64,000 bases of DNA from Minisyncoccota bacterium (lineage in GTDB: Bacteria > Patescibacteriota > Minisyncoccia > Phycocordibacterales > PALSA-1337): positions 14,445 to 78,444 of the forward strand of contig JBAZBL010000004.1 of NCBI GenBank assembly GCA_041671485.1. Direction: 5' to 3'. Made by a program: the position numbers and the translations under genes. Shown here one piece after another: positions 59,143 through 64,000 of this stretch. Positions within the stretch are counted from its first letter, which is position 1. Each line of letters starts with the position of its first letter. The notes beneath the pieces are model-generated. The model did no database searches and was not told where the DNA came from. It worked only from the letters and a program-made list of their open reading frames with translations.

Positions 59143-59356
59143 TCAATCCGTGTGTGCCATCTCCAACTCCGCCTTAATCCCCACAAAGCTTGTATACAAC
59201 GATTCCATATATTCCCAATCTTCTAGTATACTTATAATACCATTTGGACAAGGACTCTTAAACACACATCGCCTTAATAAACATCAACCGATTGTACAAC
59301 CCCTGCATATAATCCCTATCCGAGAAAATGGTTATAATAATCTCTTGTTCGGGGCA
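59143..59356 (-). pseudogene. Two tandem start-less integrase C-terminal tail fragments (attP-side sequence)
   Basis: 59356-59258 CPEQEIIITIFSDRDYMQGLYNRLMFIKAMCV* is in frame with the integrase across the GCACC core; 59256-59143 SPCPNGIISILEDWEYMESLYTSFVGIKAELEMAHTD* is homologous to it. Confidence 0.65.
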
Positions 59357-59365
59357 CCAACATAT

Positions 59366-59740
59366 TTACAACGGCATATCAAATGCAAAGAAACCTGCTC
59401 CTGTTACGAGAAGTGAAATTGCCATGATGAGTAGTAGGAGATAGTAATTGACTCCGTCTGTGAGGAAGGCTTTTCCTCGGATGCGATCTATGAGGCGAAC
59501 AATAAGGTCAATGAGAATAATTAGGGCGGCTAGTTGAGTCCATAGGCCGATAATGAGCATGATTCCCAACAGACCTTCTATGATCTGAATTATTTTAGTA
59601 TTGAGAGAGACATTGTTTGACGATTTGTTTGCACGAAAACTACGATATGCCCAGAATAGAAATACGGCACCGAGAGAAAGGCGGATCAGAAATGGAGAAA
59701 GTTGTTCATATGTAAGTAGTGAAGGGAATATTGAAAGCAT
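59366..59740 (-). CDS. DoxX-family membrane protein
   Basis: LIRLSLGAVF, E...G..LIIGLWTQLAA, LLVTGAG..AFD. Confidence 0.85.
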   Translation of the reverse strand: MLSIFPSLLTYEQLSPFLIRLSLGAVFLFWAYRSFRANKSSNNVSLNTKIIQIIEGLLGIMLIIGLWTQLAALIILIDLIVRLIDRIRGKAFLTDGVNYYLLLLIMAISLLVTGAGFFAFDMPL

Positions 59741-59805
59741 ATTGATGTATTTATTATTTTTAGTTAATGTCTATACGTCAAGGTTAGTCCTTGATGTGCA
59801 TATCT

Positions 59806-60297
59806 ATGATAACAAAAAAACGAGACATACGCTTGTTGCTCGACAATATACGGAGTGTTCACAACGTAGGTTCCATATTTCGTACAGCCGAAACACTAGG
59901 TATATCAAAGATATATTGCCTAAATACTACCCCTACACCAAAAGACCGCTTTGGTCGTAAAAGAAATGATTTTGCAAAAGTTTCTCTAGGTGCAGAAGAA
60001 ATGATCGATTGGGAAAAGATAAATGATGAATTGTTAGCTATAAAATTGATCAGAACATTGAAAAGGGAAGGATTTGATATTATTGCATTGGAGCAAGCAT
60101 CAGGTTCTATTGATTACAAAAAAGTAAAAATTGGTTCAAAGGTCATGATTATTCTTGGAAATGAAGTCAATGGTATATCAGATGAATTACTAAAAATGGC
60201 TGATACAATTGCCGAGATTCCAATGAAAGGAGAGAAGGAATCTCTCAACGTCTCTATTGCTAGCGGAATATTCTTGTATAGGATTCTCGATAGATAG
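59806..60297 (+). CDS. TrmH/SpoU-family RNA methyltransferase
   Basis: LDNIRSVHNVGSIFRTA, LGNEVNG, IPMKGEKESLNVS. Confidence 0.93.
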   Translation: MITKKRDIRLLLDNIRSVHNVGSIFRTAETLGISKIYCLNTTPTPKDRFGRKRNDFAKVSLGAEEMIDWEKINDELLAIKLIRTLKREGFDIIALEQASGSIDYKKVKIGSKVMIILGNEVNGISDELLKMADTIAEIPMKGEKESLNVSIASGIFLYRILDR

Positions 60298-60340
60298 TTA
60301 TCCATTCTAGGCTTGGCAAAAATCTGCTAAAATATGGAGG

Positions 60341-61597
60341 ATGAGACATCTCATAATCGCTTGTTTATTGTTTGCTCTTATCGGGGCTCCTTGGATAGTC
60401 AATAACTATCCTCTTCAGTCTCAATATATAACTGATGCAATCGCAAATATTGCTAGTCAACTTGCCGCGGTTATCATGCACAAGCCAAAAACTGTCGCTG
60501 GATTGCAATCAAAATACAATATTTCTGCTACTCGTGGTACAGATAAGATTCACATTCTCTTGGTTCCTGGACATGAGCCAAATTATGGTGGTGCAGAATA
60601 TAGAGATCTTAAGGAAAGAGATATGAATATTGAATTAGCGAATAATTTAGCAGACATACTGAGAAATAATAATAGATATGAAGTTATTGTTGTTAGAGAT
60701 GATAAGTCTTGGTTGCCAGAATTATCAAAGTATTTCAAAGATTCTTGGGGAGAGATAATTGAATGGAAAAATCTATATAAAGAAGAATTTCTTCGTCTCC
60801 AATCAATAGTTGGTACCAATTCGACGAAGCCAAAAGTATATCATAACAGTGCCCCAAATAATGTTGCTTTGCGCCTTTATGGCATCACAAAGTGGGCAAA
60901 TGAAAAGGATATGGATATTGTTATTCATATTCATTTCAATGATAATCCTGGACATTCATCGAATAGTCCTGGGGACCACAGCGGTTTTGCTATATATGTT
61001 CCAGAAGAACAATTTGCAAATAGTACAACCACAAAGACAATTGCAGAATCTATATTTCAAAGATTGGCCAAGTACAATGCAGTAAGTGATCTAAAAGGTG
61101 AAAGTGAAGGGGTAATAGAAGAATCAGAATTGATCGCTATAGGTGTGTACAATACTTCTGATGCACCAAGTATGCTCATAGAGTATGGATATATATATGA
61201 ACAACAATTTGCAAATGAAAGTACAAGAGATCTTGCAATCAAAGATCTTGCTTTCCAGACATATCTCGGAGTACAAGATTTCTTTGGTTCTGGCAATGAC
61301 TATAGTCTTGCTTATGATACGCTTATGTTGCCATATAAGTGGCAAAGGGAGATAAAAATAAATGATGGTCCGAGCAAAGACATTCTCGCATTGCAGACGG
61401 CATTACAATCAAAAGGATGGTACCCACCATCTTCAAGAAGTAAAAATGATTGTCCGAGAACTGGTACTTTCGGTTCATGTACAAAAGCTGCGCTTACTGA
61501 ATTTCAAAGCAAAAAGGGTATAAAAAATGAAAATGGAATAGTTGGCCCAAAGACACTTGATGCACTAAACATAGAATACGGCAATAAAGTTATATAG
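60341..61597 (+). CDS. N-acetylmuramoyl-L-alanine amidase (Amidase_3) with C-terminal peptidoglycan-binding domain
   Basis: VPGH...E, IHIHFN, MLIEYGYI; LQ.AL...G.FG..TK.AL..FQ...GIVGPKT. Confidence 0.88.
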   Translation: MRHLIIACLLFALIGAPWIVNNYPLQSQYITDAIANIASQLAAVIMHKPKTVAGLQSKYNISATRGTDKIHILLVPGHEPNYGGAEYRDLKERDMNIELANNLADILRNNNRYEVIVVRDDKSWLPELSKYFKDSWGEIIEWKNLYKEEFLRLQSIVGTNSTKPKVYHNSAPNNVALRLYGITKWANEKDMDIVIHIHFNDNPGHSSNSPGDHSGFAIYVPEEQFANSTTTKTIAESIFQRLAKYNAVSDLKGESEGVIEESELIAIGVYNTSDAPSMLIEYGYIYEQQFANESTRDLAIKDLAFQTYLGVQDFFGSGNDYSLAYDTLMLPYKWQREIKINDGPSKDILALQTALQSKGWYPPSSRSKNDCPRTGTFGSCTKAALTEFQSKKGIKNENGIVGPKTLDALNIEYGNKVI

Positions 61598-61600
61598 TTT

Positions 61601-62902
61601 CTATTTATTTCTCTTACTCAATTCGTCCTCTATCTCTTCTCTAGCAATACGTGCATCGCTCCATGGTGTTTTGGTGCCACGTAATCCCATAATATATGGA
61701 TCTGTACCTTTGCCTGTTATAAGTATAGAATCTCCTGATTGTGCTCGGTGAATTGCTTCGCGTATCGCTTCTCTACGATCCATCATAATGGTTGGTGTTT
61801 GTGAAGTTATACCATGCGCAACATCGTCAACTATCTTTTTGGGGTCTTCATCATATGGATCTTCATCTGTTAGTATAATCTCATCACAATACTGGTCGGC
61901 AATTCTTCCCATTTCTTTCCTTTTCCAAGAATCTCTACCACCACCAGTACCACCAAGAACGCATATGTTTTTTGATGATTGGAATACCTGATATAGCTTT
62001 TCCAATGAATCTGGTGTATGAGCATAATCAACTATTACAGTAAAGTCTTGTTTGGCGAGATTGGATCTTGCCATATCTGCCTCGATCTTTTGTACTCGTC
62101 CTGGAATACCATCAAACTTTTCTATTGCACGAATTATTGTTTCGTCAGATACTCCCTGACTCTTTGCAGTTGAAGTTGCAGCCAAGATATTGTACAGATT
62201 GAAGAGACCAGACAGTTGCGAATTGACTATCCTATCGTTCAAAGCAAATGATATGTTTTCTCTTTTTATCTCATATGGTCGTGCATCATTTACAGAATAT
62301 GTAATCTTTCTATCGGCATTATATTCTAGGAAACGATAACTTTCTTTATCATCCGCATTTACTATAAGAGCCTTGTTTGGCTTCTTGGATTTGACCAACC
62401 TATCTGCAATAGAAAGTTTGGAGGATACATAATTCTCGTATGAGCCGTGTGCTTCTATATGTTCTGGAGCAAGATTTGTAAATATAAGAGCGTCTAACTG
62501 TATGAAGCGATGACGATATAGTAGGGAACCTTGGGATGTCATTTCTATGATTATATAGTCACATTTATGGTTTACAGCTTTTCTTATGAGTTTCTGTATT
62601 GCAAACCTGCCCGGCATAGTCATTTTGTAGAGATTCTCCGACGAAAGTTCACCAACCTTGAATCTGATTGTACTTGAAAGTGCTGTTTTGTATCCAGACT
62701 CTTCTAGGATTGCATTTAGTATTTCAACCGTTGAGCTTTTGCCTTTTGTTCCAGTAACACCAATAACCTTTATTTTGCGAGAAGGAAATCTATACCAAAG
62801 AGCTGCAAAAAAAGATAGTGTCCAGTGATATATTGGTTGAAAAGTCTTGAAGACAGAAAACGGTATTATACGACGAATTTTTTCTAGTGTATTGTCTATC
62901 AT
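61601..62902 (-). CDS. murE: MurE-type Mur ligase
   Basis: GVTGTKGKSS, EMTSQG, FTNLAPEHI, PGRVQ, VDYAHTPD, ITGKG. Confidence 0.88.
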   Translation of the reverse strand: MIDNTLEKIRRIIPFSVFKTFQPIYHWTLSFFAALWYRFPSRKIKVIGVTGTKGKSSTVEILNAILEESGYKTALSSTIRFKVGELSSENLYKMTMPGRFAIQKLIRKAVNHKCDYIIIEMTSQGSLLYRHRFIQLDALIFTNLAPEHIEAHGSYENYVSSKLSIADRLVKSKKPNKALIVNADDKESYRFLEYNADRKITYSVNDARPYEIKRENISFALNDRIVNSQLSGLFNLYNILAATSTAKSQGVSDETIIRAIEKFDGIPGRVQKIEADMARSNLAKQDFTVIVDYAHTPDSLEKLYQVFQSSKNICVLGGTGGGRDSWKRKEMGRIADQYCDEIILTDEDPYDEDPKKIVDDVAHGITSQTPTIMMDRREAIREAIHRAQSGDSILITGKGTDPYIMGLRGTKTPWSDARIAREEIEDELSKRNK

Positions 62903-63492
62903 AGTTTTGAAGATGATTGCCCTAGAATTTTTAGAGCAGCTTTTAATTTTGCACTTGTATCATCTGTTGGACCAATATTAACCTTTTTCAAAGCTTGTCT
63001 CGCTTCATCAAGATCATAACCAAGAGATTTGAGAGCATCGAGTACATCGGCATTGCTAGACATTTCTTCACTCATTTCTTCATTACTATCGAAAGTACCG
63101 AGCTTGTCTTTGAGTTCCAATAATATCTTTTCTGCAGTTTTCTTTCCAATTCCAGAGACTTTTACCAAATGATTTATTGAACCAGTCCTTATTGCATTTG
63201 TTAGCGTATCACTCGATACAAGAGATAAAATGTTTAAAGCAGATTTTGGTCCGATACTAGAAACAGTTAAAAGAAGTTCAAAGAAATCATGATCTTTCTT
63301 TGTTGTGAAGCCATACAAGTCTTGTGTATCTTCACGTACCCTGAAGTGAATCCATAGAGATACTTCAGAATCTTTTTTGAAATCATGAATAGTACTTGGA
63401 GTTATATAGATTTTGTATCCAACTCCATTTGTATAGAGCACTATATCTTTTGTATTGATCTCTAGGATTTTACCTCTAAGAAATGCAATCAT
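62899..63492 (-). CDS. ruvA: Holliday junction DNA-binding protein RuvA
   Basis: MIAFLRG, GVGY, VRED..LYGF, IGPKSAL, GIGKKTAEKILLELK. Confidence 0.96.
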   Translation of the reverse strand: MIAFLRGKILEINTKDIVLYTNGVGYKIYITPSTIHDFKKDSEVSLWIHFRVREDTQDLYGFTTKKDHDFFELLLTVSSIGPKSALNILSLVSSDTLTNAIRTGSINHLVKVSGIGKKTAEKILLELKDKLGTFDSNEEMSEEMSSNADVLDALKSLGYDLDEARQALKKVNIGPTDDTSAKLKAALKILGQSSSKL

Positions 63493-63534
63493 ACTTGCAT
63501 AATAGCATAGATTTGTGCTAATTTGAGAGTCGTT

Positions 63535-63798
63535 ATGGCTATTACTTCTTCTGCCAAAAAAGCATTACGCGCATCAGAAAGAAAGCGCATATTCAACCTA
63601 CGTAGTAAAGCATCTATAGAAAAGGCAATAAAAGCCTTTCGAAAATTGGTAAAAGTAAAAGACAAGGACGGAGCAATGAGTATTACCCCAACTCTATACA
63701 AAGCGCTAGACAAAGCCGCCAAGACTGGATATATCAAGAAGAATACTGCAAGCAGACTGAAGTCTCGGGCTATGGCATCTCTCAATAAGCTAAATTGA
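63535..63798 (+). CDS. rpsT: 30S ribosomal protein S20
   Basis: SAKKALRAS, LDKAAK.G.IKKNTASRLKSR. Confidence 0.96.
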   Translation: MAITSSAKKALRASERKRIFNLRSKASIEKAIKAFRKLVKVKDKDGAMSITPTLYKALDKAAKTGYIKKNTASRLKSRAMASLNKLN

Positions 63799-63838
63799 AA
63801 ATTAAAATCTTTGATCTTTAATCTTTGATTTATATTCT

Positions 63839-63910
63839 GCCCTCGTCGTTCAACGGATAGGACTCAGGATTGCGGATCCTGTAATAGAGGTTCGATTCCT
63901 CTCGGGGGCA
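63839..63910 (+). tRNA. tRNA-Arg (GCG)
   Basis: GCCCTCG/CGGGGGC acceptor stem, anticodon arm CAGGA-TTGCGGA-TCCTG, T-arm AGAGG-TTCGATT-CCTCT. Confidence 0.9.
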
Positions 63911-64000
63911 CCCGACTGAAAAGATCAAAGATTAAAAATCAAAGATCAAAGATTGATTCACTGTGGCGAACAAAAATAAGATCTAACAAAAAACATCCCG

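Larger units (their letters stand above)
43845..59358. mobile_element. Integrative genomic island / satellite-like element in tRNA-Lys 3' end
   Basis: Serine recombinase abutting tRNA, accessory and defence cargo, GCACC core repeated at 43847-43851 and 59354-59358; housekeeping genes resume after 59366. Confidence 0.8.

Noticed and set aside
43845-59358. Complete prophage
   Set aside because: No capsid, portal, large terminase, tail or lysis genes recognised.
59042-59416. 124-aa + strand ORF at the island end
   Set aside because: It overlaps neighbours on both sides and crosses the att core; the minus-strand tail fragments explain the region better.
1121-63785. Many 60-190 aa ORFs antisense to or nested in recognised genes
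   Set aside because: Shadow frames of real genes with no motifs of their own.
63900-63913. tRNA-Arg 3' end (CGGGGGCACCC) as the island's right att site
   Set aside because: It resembles the core, but housekeeping genes (murE, ruvA, rpsT) lie between 59366 and 63798. It does show that tRNAs here may lack an encoded CCA, so CCA restoration alone is not proof for the 59354 site.
1-64000. Recoded UGA (genetic code 25)
   Set aside because: Conserved genes (pcrA, dnaA, polA, rpsT) end at TGA at their expected lengths, and there are no internal TGA breaks.

Overview
AT-rich bacterial chromosomal window read in standard code 11. The gene content and organisation point to a Patescibacteria/CPR (Parcubacteria-like) genome: a short trigger factor, PolA without an evident proofreading domain, a PrgI-VirB4-pilin cluster, and many genes with a -10 box right before the ATG. 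It spans the replication-origin region (yidC-rnpA-rpmH / dnaA-oriC-dnaN). Housekeeping genes include rny, clpP, rsmE, tig, hppA, pcrA, rsmA, a PBP1A, ruvA/B/C, a PilB-type ATPase, polA, tsaE, holA, murE and rpsT. There are also three tRNAs (Gly-TCC, Lys-TTT, Arg-GCG), two type II TA pairs and a chromosomal T4SS-like cluster. A ~15.5 kb island (43845-59358) sits in the 3' end of tRNA-Lys. It carries a large serine recombinase, a Zn-finger/ATPase replication-like gene, a TerS-like ORF, two candidate structured RNAs, surface proteins that share a leader, and a defence module. The most striking observation is that the att core (GCACC) lies inside the recombinase gene. Excision would therefore swap the recombinase C-terminus for an in-frame tail parked at the right end of the island, and two homologous tails are stacked there in tandem. 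Also notable are palindromic or MITE-like elements inserted in frame into several housekeeping genes (polA, rsmE, pcrA, murE, tig) and several unannotated promoter-to-terminator structured RNAs. All product calls come from reading motifs by eye; no database searches were run.
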